A DNA stretch of 64,000 nucleotides, from contig JBHIBG010000003.1 of assembly GCA_046758965.1 (NCBI GenBank), positions 1 through 64,000 on the forward strand, in the 5' to 3' direction. The translations under genes were made by a program, and so were the position numbers. The notes under the pieces are model-generated. The model was given only the letters and a program-made list of their open reading frames with translations. It ran no database searches and had not been told where the DNA came from. The DNA is from Candidatus Methylomirabilia bacterium. Lineage in GTDB: Bacteria; Methylomirabilota; Methylomirabilia; Rokubacteriales; CSP1-6. This document shows, piece by piece, positions 36,191-46,788 of this stretch. How positions within the stretch are numbered: position 1 is the stretch's first letter; every line of letters begins with the position of its first letter.

Positions 36191-36517
36191 ATGATCGAGC
36201 ATCTGAGAGTTACGGTCATCGAATCGCAGACCATATACGACTTTTGCACGAGCTGCAATCGCGAATCAGGAATCATCATGGATAAGTGGAGGCTTGATCC
36301 TGATTTCAGGGTGCCGCTGAATCTTGTGAGTTCAAGAGTCGAGTGTAGGGATGGTTCGAAACAGGATCTGTCATGGGATGCTAGATGCGCGGCCTGCGGG
36401 AAACAGGCGGGAAAATTTCGGACACTATCTCTGGCGGCTTCGGTGACCAATCAGCAGTGGCAGGAGCGGCCAACGACCGAGGACGAAGTCAGGCGAAGTG
36501 AGTTGGAAGGGCGCTAG
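36191..36517 (+). CDS. Hypothetical small protein with two CxxC motifs
   Basis: CTSC and CAAC; GGAAGG upstream; AT-richer than neighbours. Confidence 0.5.
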   Translation: MIEHLRVTVIESQTIYDFCTSCNRESGIIMDKWRLDPDFRVPLNLVSSRVECRDGSKQDLSWDARCAACGKQAGKFRTLSLAASVTNQQWQERPTTEDEVRRSELEGR

Positions 36518-37296
36518 CTCGCGGATCGGCGGCCGACGGGGATCGAGGCCAGCGTGAGGAGGCGGCCACTCGATCCCTCCTTGCGGTAGGAGCAGAAGAG
36601 GTCCCGGCGGCATGAGGTGCAGAGCCTCGGGTTGAGGATCCGCTCCGGGCTCACCCCCGCAGCCGCCAGCTGGAACTCGTTCGCCTGCCAGAGGTCCAGC
36701 ATCCACTTCCCCGGACTCACGGCGCGCGCCCACCCTTCCCACGCGTGAGGGAATGCCTCCCCGAGTGGCTCGATCACCGGACGGTCCACCTCGTAGCAGC
36801 AGGGACCGATGGAGGGGGCGATCGCCGCGAGAAGGTCAGGCAGGCTCGACCCCGCCGCTGCCAGGGCATCGACCGCGGCCCGGGCGGCACCCGCAATGGT
36901 CCCGCGCCAGCCGGCGTGGACCACGGCCAGGAGCGCTCTGACCGGATCGTAGAGGATCAGCGCCAGACAGTCAGCGGCGAAGACGGCGAGCGGGATTCCC
37001 GGGGTCGAGGTGAGCAGTACGTCTCCCCGGCCGGCAGCGCCCCGTTTGGAGCCGTCCGCGCGGATGACGGCGGCCCCGTGCACCTGATCGAGAAAGGCCA
37101 GGCGCCTGACCTCAAGACCGTGGCGCCTCAAGAGATCCCCTGCCTCTAGGCCGATCGGAGCCGCCCGCCTCCCCGCGTGAACGATTCCCGGACAGTGCCG
37201 GGTTGTCGAGAGGTGAGGGACGCCAAGCGCCTCCAGGGCCACGAACGTGAGATGGGTGGGCGGGTCTCCGTGGAGGCGGACGAGCGAGGAGCTCAC
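36514..37296 (-). CDS. pgeF: PgeF/YfiH/YlmD family protein
   Basis: 'DQVHG', 'ADC', 'HAGWRG', 'PSIGPCCYEV', 'CTSC...SYRK'. Confidence 0.9.
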   Translation of the reverse strand: MSSSLVRLHGDPPTHLTFVALEALGVPHLSTTRHCPGIVHAGRRAAPIGLEAGDLLRRHGLEVRRLAFLDQVHGAAVIRADGSKRGAAGRGDVLLTSTPGIPLAVFAADCLALILYDPVRALLAVVHAGWRGTIAGAARAAVDALAAAGSSLPDLLAAIAPSIGPCCYEVDRPVIEPLGEAFPHAWEGWARAVSPGKWMLDLWQANEFQLAAAGVSPERILNPRLCTSCRRDLFCSYRKEGSSGRLLTLASIPVGRRSAS

Positions 37297-38417
37297 GGCT
37301 CGACTCCGACCGCGGCCAGCGCCGACTCGTAGCGGGCTCTGAGCCGAGCCCTATCCTGCCCCCAATCGACATGGTCCCAGGGCAGGATCTCTTCCGCCCG
37401 CTTTCGCCGGTTCAGGAAGAAGGCTGGATTCAGCGGATGCTCCACACAGGCCCGGTCCCAACCGAGGCGACGGGTGGCAAGAAGGAAATCGCCGGCCCGG
37501 CGATCGCCGAGCGCCAGGACACCCTCCAGCATCGCCCATTTGGGGAGGTCGTGCGTCACGGTCACCCCGGGCACCGCCCGGAGGGCCCGGAGTGTGCTGC
37601 TGAGCTGGTCCTTGAGCGCCCTTCCGCCAGGCATCGGCCACCACTGAAGTGGCGTCCAGGGCCGAGGCACGAAGCAGGTGAGGCCCACGCTGAGCGGCGG
37701 GAGGCGGCGCTCGTCTCTGAGCCGCACCACCAAACAGTGGCGGAGCTTCTTGACCCACTGAGCGATCGACGCCGCCGAGGCAGCCGGCAGGCCCACGGCG
37801 AAGCTGAGGAAGATCCGTTCGCCCTCCTGCACCTGCCCGGCAACCTCTTCGGGACTCGAGATCCTCCCCAAGAGATGCTGGATCTCAGGAGCTGGATGAC
37901 CCGGGGGCGGAGCCTCATCCCCCTCATCAAACGGAGTGGCTCCCTCGAGGCCCCGGGGCCATGGCACCCCCGGCCGCGGGATCACGGACGCCACGCTCCC
38001 GTCCGCCGCGTAGCGAAGCGCGTAGAGCGAGGGGACATACACGCCCGAGAGGCGAGCCAACCGCTCGAGCCGCTCAGCTCGCGGTGACCCGCGTGAGGCC
38101 TCCAGCTCGGCGAGGACCGCGCGCAGCAGCGGCCAGCCACCTCCGAGGAGGAGCAGATCCGCCACCACAGCGAGCGGCTCCGGGTTCTCCTGAGGGGTGG
38201 CAAGCCAGACGGCAACCAGGGGATCGCGAGCCTCCCGCTCCTCCTGACTCAAGGCAATCCGTTTGTCAGCGAGGGTGTCCAGGATCGGTAGCCACGTCTT
38301 GACGGAGGCGGTGCGCGCTACCAGCACCTCGGGGCGTCGATCCGGGGGAAGGCGGGTCAGCTCGGGGAATGCCTCTGCCGGCGGAACTGACGGCGCGGTC
38401 AGGAACGCAACAGACAT
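37293..38417 (-). CDS. Degenerate radical-SAM-like protein lacking CxxxCxxC
   Basis: 'NPEPLA', 'GVYVPSLY', 'FAVGLP', 'FVPRPWTPLQW', 'GDRR', 'LPWDHVD'; start uncertain (38417 or 38498). Confidence 0.6.
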   Translation of the reverse strand: MSVAFLTAPSVPPAEAFPELTRLPPDRRPEVLVARTASVKTWLPILDTLADKRIALSQEEREARDPLVAVWLATPQENPEPLAVVADLLLLGGGWPLLRAVLAELEASRGSPRAERLERLARLSGVYVPSLYALRYAADGSVASVIPRPGVPWPRGLEGATPFDEGDEAPPPGHPAPEIQHLLGRISSPEEVAGQVQEGERIFLSFAVGLPAASAASIAQWVKKLRHCLVVRLRDERRLPPLSVGLTCFVPRPWTPLQWWPMPGGRALKDQLSSTLRALRAVPGVTVTHDLPKWAMLEGVLALGDRRAGDFLLATRRLGWDRACVEHPLNPAFFLNRRKRAEEILPWDHVDWGQDRARLRARYESALAAVGVEP

Positions 38418-38464
38418 GACGAATCGGGTCTGTTCGAGCCCCGGCTCTTTTGGAACGCCGGCCT

Positions 38465-38537
38465 TGTTCCGGCGCCGGCTTCGCCGGCGCAACCTCATGG
38501 GGGAGGAATCGGAGGGGGCCGTCGAGGCCCCCTCCGA
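38465..38537 (-). repeat. Two-hairpin REP-like repeat, copy A
   Basis: Reverse complement aligns with 56657-56730. Confidence 0.8.
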
Positions 38538-38541
38538 AGGT

Positions 38542-39726
38542 CTAATCCGCCTGCCGCCTCAGAAAGGCCGGGATATCCAGGTCCGCCTCCAGCGACTCCT
38601 CGCCCTCGGCGCGCATCTCGGTCGCCCTGCGACGCCAGGCTGTCCCCGGAGAGGAGCGCGGGACCTTCGGCAGGTCTACGACCTTCGCACCGGCGTCCGC
38701 GGGCTCTTTCCGCTCGGCGAAGCCGGTGGCGATCACCGTGATCCTCACCTCCTCCTGGAGGCGCTCGTCGATCACCGCTCCGAAAATAATGTTGGCCTCC
38801 TCGTGGGCCGCCTCCTGAACGATCCGCGCCGCCTCTTCCACCTCGTGGAGGGAAAGGTCCGGGCCCCCGGTGAAATTGATGAGGATGCCGCGGGCGCCTA
38901 CGACTGCGGTCTCGTCCAGGAGCGGGCTCGCCAGGGCCTTGTGGGCCGCGTCCTGGGCCCGGTGCTCCCCCTTCCCGACACCGATCCCCATCAGCGCCAG
39001 CCCCATCCCGGACATGATGGTCCGCACATCCGCGAAGTCCAGATTGACCAGCCCGGGGACGAGGACGAGGTCCGAGATCCCCTGGACCGCCTGGTGGAGG
39101 ACCGAGTCAGCCACCTTGAAGGCGTCGAGGAGCGAGGCGCCCCGCTCCACCACGGCGAGGAGCCGCTGGTTGGGGATCGTGATCAGCGTATCCACAAAAC
39201 CCTTGAGCTCCGCCAGCCCGGCCTCGGCCTGCATGGCCCGCTTTTTCCCCTCGAAGAGGAATGGCTTGGTCACCACCGCCACGGTCAGGACGCCAAGCTC
39301 CTTGGCCACGGCCGCCACCACCGGCGTGGCACCGGTCCCGGTGCCTCCGCCAAACCCCGCGGTCACGAACACCATATCGGCACCGTGGAGAAACCGCGAG
39401 ATCCGCTCCCGGTCCTCCTCGGCGGCCCGCTTGCCGATCTCGGGGTCTGAGCCGGCCCCGAGGCCGCCGGTGAGCTGCACCCCGAGCTGAAGCTTGACAG
39501 GCGCGGGCGAGGCGCGAAGCGCCTGGAGATCGGTGTTGGCCACGATGAACTCCACCCCGCTGAACCGGGCCGCGATCATCCGGCTGACCGCGTTCCCGCC
39601 GGCGCCCCCCAGCCCGATGACCTTGATGATCGCCCCCTCTCGAACCGGACTGTCGCGCGGTTCCCCCCGCCCCCCCCAACCCTCTTCCAGCTCGAAGACC
39701 GGCCGTTCCACAGGCCACGACTCCAT
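38542..39726 (-). CDS. ftsZ: Cell division protein FtsZ
   Basis: 'GGAGGNA', 'GGGTGTG', 'NLDFADV', C-terminal '[12 protein letters not shown]'. Confidence 0.97.
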   Translation of the reverse strand: MESWPVERPVFELEEGWGGRGEPRDSPVREGAIIKVIGLGGAGGNAVSRMIAARFSGVEFIVANTDLQALRASPAPVKLQLGVQLTGGLGAGSDPEIGKRAAEEDRERISRFLHGADMVFVTAGFGGGTGTGATPVVAAVAKELGVLTVAVVTKPFLFEGKKRAMQAEAGLAELKGFVDTLITIPNQRLLAVVERGASLLDAFKVADSVLHQAVQGISDLVLVPGLVNLDFADVRTIMSGMGLALMGIGVGKGEHRAQDAAHKALASPLLDETAVVGARGILINFTGGPDLSLHEVEEAARIVQEAAHEEANIIFGAVIDERLQEEVRITVIATGFAERKEPADAGAKVVDLPKVPRSSPGTAWRRRATEMRAEGEESLEADLDIPAFLRRQAD

Positions 39727-39843
39727 CGGCGCTCTCCTCTCTGTCACGGGTTCCCGTCGGCCGTGCGGCAGGGTCAGGTGAAGCTCGATCTGACCGCTCC
39801 CCTTCGACCTCGCCCCTCGGTCAGTGCCCACGCCCCGCTCCGC

Positions 39844-41088
39844 TCAAAAGATCTCCGAAAACCAATCCCGCATGCGGCGTCTGATCCACTGGAGCAGGCG
39901 GCCGTCGCTGCCATTCGGCGAGGCGGCGCGACCCCGGACCTCCGCCCCGTGGAGCGCCAGCCCCACCCCCGTGGCGAAGATGGGGCTCCTCACCACATCG
40001 CCCAGCCCGCCAACCCCATCCGGGACCCCGCGCCGCACGGGCAGGTCGAACACCTGCTCGGCCAGCTCCAGGACCCCTTCCATGAGCGAGGTGCCCCCCG
40101 TCACGACGACCCCGGCGGTGGCGGCATCCTGGAGCCCCGTCCGCGCCAGTTCCCGCGCGACCAGGGTGAAGATCTCCTCCACCCTCGGCTGGATGATCTC
40201 GGAGAGGACCTGGCGGGAGAGGACCCGCGCCTTGCGCCCCCCAACGGAGGCGACCTCAACGGTTTCCTCGTCGCTCACCAGCGCGGTCAGGGCACAGCCA
40301 TCGCGCCGCTTGAGCTCTTCGGCTTCAGCCACCGGCGTCCTGAGCCCCACCGCGATGTCGTTCGTGATGTGATCGCCGCCGAGGGCCAGGACGCTGGTGT
40401 GCCACACCGCGCCGTCGTGGAAGAGGGCCACATCCGTGGTGCCGCCCCCGATGTCGATGAGCAGCACGCCCAGCTCGTTTTCGTCAGCGGAGAGCACCGC
40501 CTGGGAGGACGCCAGCGGCTCCAGGACGATGTCCTGGACGGCCAAGCCGGCCCGGTTTACGCTCCGGATCACGTTCTGGATCCCGGTCACCGCGCCGGTG
40601 ACGATGTGCACTTCCACCTCCAGGCGAACCCCCGACATGCCGAGCGGCTCCTTGATCCCGTCCTGGTCATCCACCACGAAGGTTTGAGGCAGCACATGGA
40701 TGACCTCGCGGTCCGGGGGGAGGTTGATCGCCCGCGCCGCCTCCAGGGCCCGCTCCACGTCGGTGGCACTGACTTCCCTCCCCTTTCCTGAGACCGCCAC
40801 CACGCCCCGGCTGTTGATCCCGCGGATATGGCCCCCCGCGACCCCGGCGACGACGGACTCGATCTCCAGGCCGGCGAGCTGCTCGGCCTCCGCCACGGCC
40901 GACCTGATCGCCTCAACGGTCGAGTCGATGTTGACCACCACCCCCTTCCGGAGGCCCCGGGACGGGCTCTGGCCGACACCGATGATGTTCAGCCCTCCGT
41001 AGGGCATCAGCTCGGCGACTATGGCGCAGATCTTGGTAGTCCCGACATCCAGCCCCGCGACGATGACCGGCTTTGGCCGCTTGCCCAT
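39844..41088 (-). CDS. ftsA: Cell division protein FtsA
   Basis: 'GLDVGTTKI', 'GLRKGVVVNI', 'DIGGGTTD', 'LTGG'-like 'VTGG'. Confidence 0.96.
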   Translation of the reverse strand: MGKRPKPVIVAGLDVGTTKICAIVAELMPYGGLNIIGVGQSPSRGLRKGVVVNIDSTVEAIRSAVAEAEQLAGLEIESVVAGVAGGHIRGINSRGVVAVSGKGREVSATDVERALEAARAINLPPDREVIHVLPQTFVVDDQDGIKEPLGMSGVRLEVEVHIVTGAVTGIQNVIRSVNRAGLAVQDIVLEPLASSQAVLSADENELGVLLIDIGGGTTDVALFHDGAVWHTSVLALGGDHITNDIAVGLRTPVAEAEELKRRDGCALTALVSDEETVEVASVGGRKARVLSRQVLSEIIQPRVEEIFTLVARELARTGLQDAATAGVVVTGGTSLMEGVLELAEQVFDLPVRRGVPDGVGGLGDVVRSPIFATGVGLALHGAEVRGRAASPNGSDGRLLQWIRRRMRDWFSEIF

Positions 41089-41124
41089 GCGCTCCCCTCA
41101 GCTTCCTTGGTTCAGCCCGAGGCC

Positions 41125-41976
41125 CTAGCTCGATTTCGGCTTGAGGACCACCTGGTCTCTGAACCGGAGGTCGAGAGAGGCCACCGGCTCGCCCGCCTCG
41201 CGGACCCTGACCAGCACCCCGCTCAGCCGCTCCAGCCGCTGCCCCCACTCCACGCTGCCGAGATACACCTCGAGGCCATCCACCGTGTAGAGGACGGGCC
41301 CCTCGGCCCGGCCCATGTCGATCTCCGAGAGCTGGGCGGCGAGGGCACGCCGGCTCCGGAGCAGATGCCGGAGCAGCGCCAGGGCCTCGTGGGTGCGCGC
41401 GGGGCTCGACATGAGACCCACCTCGGCCCCGTCCGGCAGCAGGCCGGTGATCACGGGGAGGCCGGGAGCGACGGCGCGGGGCTCGGGACCGAGCACGTGG
41501 CCGTCCTCGTCGAGCCAGAAGAGCCGCCCGGCATGGACGGCCAGGGCGAAGGGCTCGCGCTCCTCGATCAGGAGCGTGACCCGATCCGGGAAGGTCCGGA
41601 TCACCGCGGCGCGCTTGACGCGTGGGTGACGCAGGAGCCGCTCGACGACAGCTCCGGGGTCCAGCCTGAAGAGGTTGGCGCCGGCTCCGATCCCGGCTGT
41701 CGCGCGAACCTCCTCCTCGTGAAGTCTGCTCTCGCCCTGAACGTCCACCCCGGTCACGGCGAAGCGGGGCGAAGTGAGAAGCCAGTGGAGGAAGGCGGCC
41801 TGGCCGGTGAGCACGAGCGCCAGGAGCCCGCCCGCGAGGGCAAAGCGGAAAAGGAGCCGCCGCCGAGGGCGCCGCCGCACCCGTTGGCCGACGATGAGAG
41901 GGGTCCGCTCCGCCAGATCTTTCGAGGGCGCCGGCACCTGCCTCGGCGAGTGGATACCCGCCCGGCCCCGCATCAC
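41125..41976 (-). CDS. ftsQ: Cell division protein FtsQ/DivIB
   Basis: Basic N-terminus, one TM, POTRA-like 'RTFPDRVTLLIEEREP', C-terminal 'LDLRFRDQVV'; upstream of ftsA. Confidence 0.88.
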   Translation of the reverse strand: MMRGRAGIHSPRQVPAPSKDLAERTPLIVGQRVRRRPRRRLLFRFALAGGLLALVLTGQAAFLHWLLTSPRFAVTGVDVQGESRLHEEEVRATAGIGAGANLFRLDPGAVVERLLRHPRVKRAAVIRTFPDRVTLLIEEREPFALAVHAGRLFWLDEDGHVLGPEPRAVAPGLPVITGLLPDGAEVGLMSSPARTHEALALLRHLLRSRRALAAQLSEIDMGRAEGPVLYTVDGLEVYLGSVEWGQRLERLSGVLVRVREAGEPVASLDLRFRDQVVLKPKSS

Positions 41977-42851
41977 TCCCCGATGATCCGGATCTCGGGC
42001 TCCAGCACGCTGCCGAACTGGGCGCTGACCCGGTCCCGGACCATGTCCATGAGGGTCAGGATGTCCGCGGCGCTCGCCCCGCCCCGATTGACGATGAAAT
42101 TGGCGTGCTTGGCTGAGATCTCGGCGGCGTTGACCCGCTTACCTTTGAGCCCCACCTTCTCGATGAGCCGACCGGCGTAGTCCCCGGCGGGGTTCTTCCA
42201 GACACACCCGGCCGAGGCCAGTGCCAACGGCTGCGTGGCCTTCTTCTGCTTGAGCCGCTGCTTGATCTCCTTCTGGATCTCGGCCTGGGGCCGGCGCTGG
42301 AGCTGGAGGCGCGCGCCGATCAGGACCGCCCCCGGCGGGTAAGAAAAGGCGCGGTAGCCGAACGCTCCCGCTCTCGGCTTCAGCTCGCCCAGCGTGCCGT
42401 CAGGGTGGAGGAAGTAGACGGCGGAGACGAAGTCGCCGATGCTCCCATCGGCGGTGCCGGCGTTCATGGCCAGGGCGCCCCCGATGGTGGCCGGGATCCC
42501 CACCAGGCATTCGAGGCCCCCCAGCGAGAGCGCCGCCGCCTCGCGGATGAGGGACGAGAGGCCGACGCCGGCCCCCGAGACAGCCTCCTCGCCGTGGAAC
42601 TCGACGCGACCCAGGCACCCCTCAAGCTTGAGGACGACACCCCGAACGCCCCGGTCCTTCACCAGGAGGTTGTTGCCACCTCCCACGATCTCCATCGGGA
42701 GATCTTCCTTCTCGGCGAAGCAGAGCGCCTTGCGGATATCGTCCGCATCTTGCGGAACGATCAAGATGTCCGCTGGCCCTCCGATGCGCAGGGACGTGTG
42801 GAAGGAGAGTGGCTCCTTGAAGCGGACCTCACCCCGGATCTCTCCTAGCAT
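41973..42851 (-). CDS. murB: UDP-N-acetylenolpyruvoylglucosamine reductase
   Basis: '[10 protein letters not shown]', '[15 protein letters not shown]', 'SAGCVWKNP', 'HANFIVN'. Confidence 0.95.
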   Translation of the reverse strand: MLGEIRGEVRFKEPLSFHTSLRIGGPADILIVPQDADDIRKALCFAEKEDLPMEIVGGGNNLLVKDRGVRGVVLKLEGCLGRVEFHGEEAVSGAGVGLSSLIREAAALSLGGLECLVGIPATIGGALAMNAGTADGSIGDFVSAVYFLHPDGTLGELKPRAGAFGYRAFSYPPGAVLIGARLQLQRRPQAEIQKEIKQRLKQKKATQPLALASAGCVWKNPAGDYAGRLIEKVGLKGKRVNAAEISAKHANFIVNRGGASAADILTLMDMVRDRVSAQFGSVLEPEIRIIGE

Positions 42852-44251
42852 GTCGATCTCCTCTCACGCTCGTGACGAACGACGCTGAGGCGAGCCAAGA
42901 GCTCTCTCCCCAGCTGGCCCACATCCCCCGCCCCGAGGGTGAGGACCAGATCCCCGGGTCGAGCTCTCTCGCACAGGTAGTCGACGACCCGCTCGCGGTC
43001 ACTGCCCAGATACACGACCTCGCGCTGGCCATGGGCGGCGATCGCCTCGGCCAGCTCCCCGGCGTGGACCCCGGGGATCGGAGCCTCGCCCGCCGGATAG
43101 ATATCCATGACCACCAGGGCGTCGGCCTGCTCGAAGGCGGTCAGGAACTCTTGCCGGAGGTGGAGCGTGCGGGTGTAACGATGGGGCTGGAAGACGGTGA
43201 CCACGCGACGGTCGAAGCCGGACTTGGCGGCAGCCAGCGTTGCCCGGATCTCGGCCGGGTGGTGGCCATAGTCGTCCACCACCAGTACACCCCCCGCCTC
43301 CCCCTTGACCTGGAAGCGGCGCTGCACCCCGGAGAAGCCCGCGAGCGCGCGCTGGATCGTCGCAAAGGGGATCTCCAGCTCCAGGCCGACGGCGATCGCG
43401 GCCAGCGCGTTCAGGACGTTATGGCTCCCGGGGACGCGGAGCGCGCACTCGCCGAGAGCCCGGTCGCGCTCGGTGACCTCGAAGGAGCAGGTGAGCCCCG
43501 AGAACGAGACCCGATGCGCCGTGAGGTCAGCGTCCGACCGGAGCCCGTAGGTGATCAGCCGCTTCGCCACCTCCGGGATCATGAGCTGGATGTTGGGCTC
43601 GTCGAGGCAGAGCACCACGGCGCCGTAGAAGGGAACCTTGTTCGCAAACTGGAGGAACGTTTGGCGGATGGCCTCGAGAGAGCGGTAGTAGTCCAGGTGC
43701 TCGGCGTCCACGGTGGTGACCACCGCGATCGTCGGGGTCAGCTTGAGGAACGAGCCGTCAGACTCGTCGGCCTCGGCCACGAGGAACTCCCCCTGACCCA
43801 TCCGGGCGTTGCCCCCGAGAGTGAGCACTCGGCCACCCACGACGGAAGTGGGATCGAACCCCGCCTCCTCGAGCACGGCGGCCACCATGGACGTGGTAGT
43901 GGTCTTGCCGTGCGTCCCGGCCACCGCAATCCCGTACTTCAGCCGCATGAGCTCCGCGAGCATCTCCGCCCGCGGGATGACCGGGATCTGGTGCCGGCGC
44001 GCCGCCTGCACCTCCACGTTGTCCTTGGCCACTGCGGAGGAGTACACGACCACGTGAGCCCCTTCGGTGTGCGCTCTGTCATGGCCGATCCAGACCTTGG
44101 CGCCCAGCTGCTCGAGCCGCTCCACGGCCTCCGAGCGCTTCTGGTCGGAGCCGGTGATCCGGTAGCCCATGTTCAGCAGCACCTCGGCGATCCCGCTCAT
44201 CCCGGCGCCGCCGATCCCTACGAAGTGGATCTGCTGGTACTTCTTGTACAT
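42845..44251 (-). CDS. murC: UDP-N-acetylmuramate--L-alanine ligase
   Basis: 'GIGGAGMSG', 'GTHGKTTTT', 'EADESD', 'DDYGHHP'. Confidence 0.97.
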   Translation of the reverse strand: MYKKYQQIHFVGIGGAGMSGIAEVLLNMGYRITGSDQKRSEAVERLEQLGAKVWIGHDRAHTEGAHVVVYSSAVAKDNVEVQAARRHQIPVIPRAEMLAELMRLKYGIAVAGTHGKTTTTSMVAAVLEEAGFDPTSVVGGRVLTLGGNARMGQGEFLVAEADESDGSFLKLTPTIAVVTTVDAEHLDYYRSLEAIRQTFLQFANKVPFYGAVVLCLDEPNIQLMIPEVAKRLITYGLRSDADLTAHRVSFSGLTCSFEVTERDRALGECALRVPGSHNVLNALAAIAVGLELEIPFATIQRALAGFSGVQRRFQVKGEAGGVLVVDDYGHHPAEIRATLAAAKSGFDRRVVTVFQPHRYTRTLHLRQEFLTAFEQADALVVMDIYPAGEAPIPGVHAGELAEAIAAHGQREVVYLGSDRERVVDYLCERARPGDLVLTLGAGDVGQLGRELLARLSVVRHERERRSTC

Positions 44252-44261
44252 CCGAGCCCCC

Positions 44262-45356
44262 TTAGCCCACGTGCTGGGAGATGTTCAAGAGCAGCCCCGC
44301 CGCCACCATCGTCGTCAGGAGTGCCGAGCCGCCGAAGGAGACAAACGGCAACGGCAACCCCGTCGTGGGAAGCAGGCCGGTCACCACGCCGAGGTTGATG
44401 AGCGTCTGGCAGGCGAGGAACACCGTCAGGCCGAGCGCCAGGTAGGCGGCAAAGGGATCAGGCGCGCGGAGGCCGACCCGCACCCCCCGCCAGATCAGGA
44501 CCATGAACAGCCCCACCACCGCCAGGGCGCCGATGAAGCCCAGCTCCTCCCCGATGATGGCGAACATGAAGTCGGTATGAGGCTCGGGGAGGTAGAAGAG
44601 CTTCTGCTTGGAGGCCCCGAGCCCATGCCCGAACCAGCCGCCCGACCCCAGGGCCAGGTAGGACTGGATGATCTGAAATCCGCTCCCGAGCGGATCAGCC
44701 CAGGGGTCCAGGAAGGAGACGACACGCTTCAAGCGGTAGGGCGCGGAGGCGACCGCCATGACCACCAGCGGCAGCGCTGAGACGGCCAGAAGGGCCATCT
44801 GCGAGAGCCGGACACCGGCCAGGAAGAGGAGTGCCAGGACGACGGCGAGGAGCGTCAGGCTGGAGCCGAGGTCTGGCTGGAGCAGCAAAAGCCCGGCCAT
44901 GGCCCCCGTCACCGCGAGCGGCGGAAGGAGCCCGGTCCAGAAGCTGTGAAGCCCCACTGGGCGGCGGCTCAAGGAGAAGGCTAGGAATGAGACAAACGCC
45001 AGCTTGGCCAGCTCGGCCGGCTGGAAGGAGACCGGTCCCCACCTGATCCAACGCCGCGTGCCGTTGATCTCCTGGCCGAATAGAGGGATGAGCACCACGA
45101 TCAAGAGCGCCAAGGACAGCACGAGCAGCGGCACCACGGCCGGCTCGAGCCGCCGGTAGTCGACGATCAACGCGGCCCAGAGGCCAGCGAAGCCGACAAG
45201 CGCCCAGAGGAGCTGCTTCTTCAGGAAGAAATACGGGTCCCCGAATCGGTCGGCGGCCACGATGGCGCTCCCCGAGTAGACCATGACCACCCCGAGGGAG
45301 ACCAGCGCCACGACGGAGCCGAAGAGCCACAGATCGGGTGTGAGTTTCCTCGGCAT
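44262..45356 (-). CDS. ftsW: SEDS peptidoglycan glycosyltransferase FtsW
   Basis: 'RRWI', 'QPAELAK', 'QPDLG', 'LPEPHTDF', '[12 protein letters not shown]'. Confidence 0.95.
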   Translation of the reverse strand: MPRKLTPDLWLFGSVVALVSLGVVMVYSGSAIVAADRFGDPYFFLKKQLLWALVGFAGLWAALIVDYRRLEPAVVPLLVLSLALLIVVLIPLFGQEINGTRRWIRWGPVSFQPAELAKLAFVSFLAFSLSRRPVGLHSFWTGLLPPLAVTGAMAGLLLLQPDLGSSLTLLAVVLALLFLAGVRLSQMALLAVSALPLVVMAVASAPYRLKRVVSFLDPWADPLGSGFQIIQSYLALGSGGWFGHGLGASKQKLFYLPEPHTDFMFAIIGEELGFIGALAVVGLFMVLIWRGVRVGLRAPDPFAAYLALGLTVFLACQTLINLGVVTGLLPTTGLPLPFVSFGGSALLTTMVAAGLLLNISQHVG

Positions 45357-46765
45357 CAGTAGTCCGAAAGCGCGTGAACGAGGCTCTCGAAGACCCGCCC
45401 GCGCTCCTCGAAGTTCTCGAACATGTCAAACGAGGCGCATGCGGGCGAGAGCAGCACGACCTCCCCGGGCTCGGCCGCCGCGCGCGCCCCGCGCACCGCC
45501 TGCTCCAGGGAGTCGGCGCCCTCCGTTCGCACCCCTGCCCGCTCGAGCGCCGGCTTGATCTTCTCCCGGTCCTCGCCGATCAGGATGGCCAGGCGGACAC
45601 GGCCGCGCGCCGCCTCGGCCAGCGAGGCGAACTCCTGGCCCTTGCCTCGCCCTCCGGCGATGAGAATAATGGGCTCGGAGAAGCTCTCCAGGGCCCTGAC
45701 GGTGGAGACCACGTTAGTCCCCTTGGAGTCGTTGTAATACGCCACCCCCCGCACCTCCCGGACCCATGCGAGACGGTGCTCCACCCCGCGGAAGGCGGCG
45801 ATGGCCCGGCGGATCGAGGCGGAGGGCACCCCCGTCCAGAGGGCGCAGGCGGTGGCAGCCAGCACATTCTCCACGTTGTGCTGACCCCGGAGAAAGATCT
45901 CGGAGAGCGGGCAGATCCGCTCCGCCAACCCGTTCAGTCTCGCCACGATCCAGCCGTCCTGGCAGTAGACGCCGCGCTCCAGTCGGCGCTGGCGGCTGAA
46001 GAGGACCACCTGGGCGCGGGCCCGTGAGGCCAGCACCACGCTCTGCGCGTCGTCAGCATTGAGGATCGCGTAGTCCTGGGCGGTCTGGTTCTCGAGGATC
46101 CGGGACTTGGCGGCTGCGTAAGCGGCAAAGGTCCCGTGACGGTCCAGGTGATCTGGCACCAGGTTCAGGATCACCGCGGTGCGTGGGTGGAAGGCCTCGA
46201 TGGTTTCAAGCTGGAAGCTCGAGACCTCCGCCACGATGATCCCGTCAGAGGGAAACTCCAGGACGTGGGCTGCGATCGGCGTGCCGATGTTGCCCGCGAT
46301 CAGCACGGGACGGACCTGATCGCGGAGGAGCGCCCCGGTGAGCGCCGTGGTGGTGGTCTTGCCATTCGTCCCCGTGATGGCGATGATGTCGGCCTCCGTC
46401 GCCCGCCAGGCCAGCTCTAGCTCTCCGATGATCCGGATGCCCCGCTGCCGGACGGGCGCCAGGGCCTGGTGCTCACAAGCGACCCCGGGGCTCACCACAA
46501 CCAGTTCAGCCGCCTCGAAGGCCTCAGGGGGGTGGCCGCCCGCGTAGAGTCGGACGCCGGCAGCGCTGAGCGCCTGCGCGTCAGCCGGGAGCGCGCTCAG
46601 AGGCTTGGCGTCGGTGGCGGCGACGCGGGCGCCGAGCGTCAGGAGAAGTCGGCAGGCCGCCACGCCGCTCCGGGCGAGCCCCACGACCGTAACCCTGCGC
46701 CCCTTGAGCCACTCCCGGTACACGGTGCCCCTCTCGCTCATCTGTTCAAGCAGCGCTGGAGCCAT
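45356..46765 (-). CDS. murD: UDP-N-acetylmuramoyl-L-alanine--D-glutamate ligase
   Basis: 'GLARSG', 'GTNGKTTT', 'EVSSFQL', 'DSKGTN', 'SPACASFD'. Confidence 0.96.
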   Translation of the reverse strand: MAPALLEQMSERGTVYREWLKGRRVTVVGLARSGVAACRLLLTLGARVAATDAKPLSALPADAQALSAAGVRLYAGGHPPEAFEAAELVVVSPGVACEHQALAPVRQRGIRIIGELELAWRATEADIIAITGTNGKTTTTALTGALLRDQVRPVLIAGNIGTPIAAHVLEFPSDGIIVAEVSSFQLETIEAFHPRTAVILNLVPDHLDRHGTFAAYAAAKSRILENQTAQDYAILNADDAQSVVLASRARAQVVLFSRQRRLERGVYCQDGWIVARLNGLAERICPLSEIFLRGQHNVENVLAATACALWTGVPSASIRRAIAAFRGVEHRLAWVREVRGVAYYNDSKGTNVVSTVRALESFSEPIILIAGGRGKGQEFASLAEAARGRVRLAILIGEDREKIKPALERAGVRTEGADSLEQAVRGARAAAEPGEVVLLSPACASFDMFENFEERGRVFESLVHALSDY

Positions 46766-46788
46766 TCACCCCGCCTCCCCCGGCAGCC

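Noticed and set aside
38418..38498. Arg-rich N-terminus 'MRLRRRSRRR' of the radical-SAM-like ORF as a targeting signal
   Set aside because: It is the translation of repeat copy A and probably not part of the protein.
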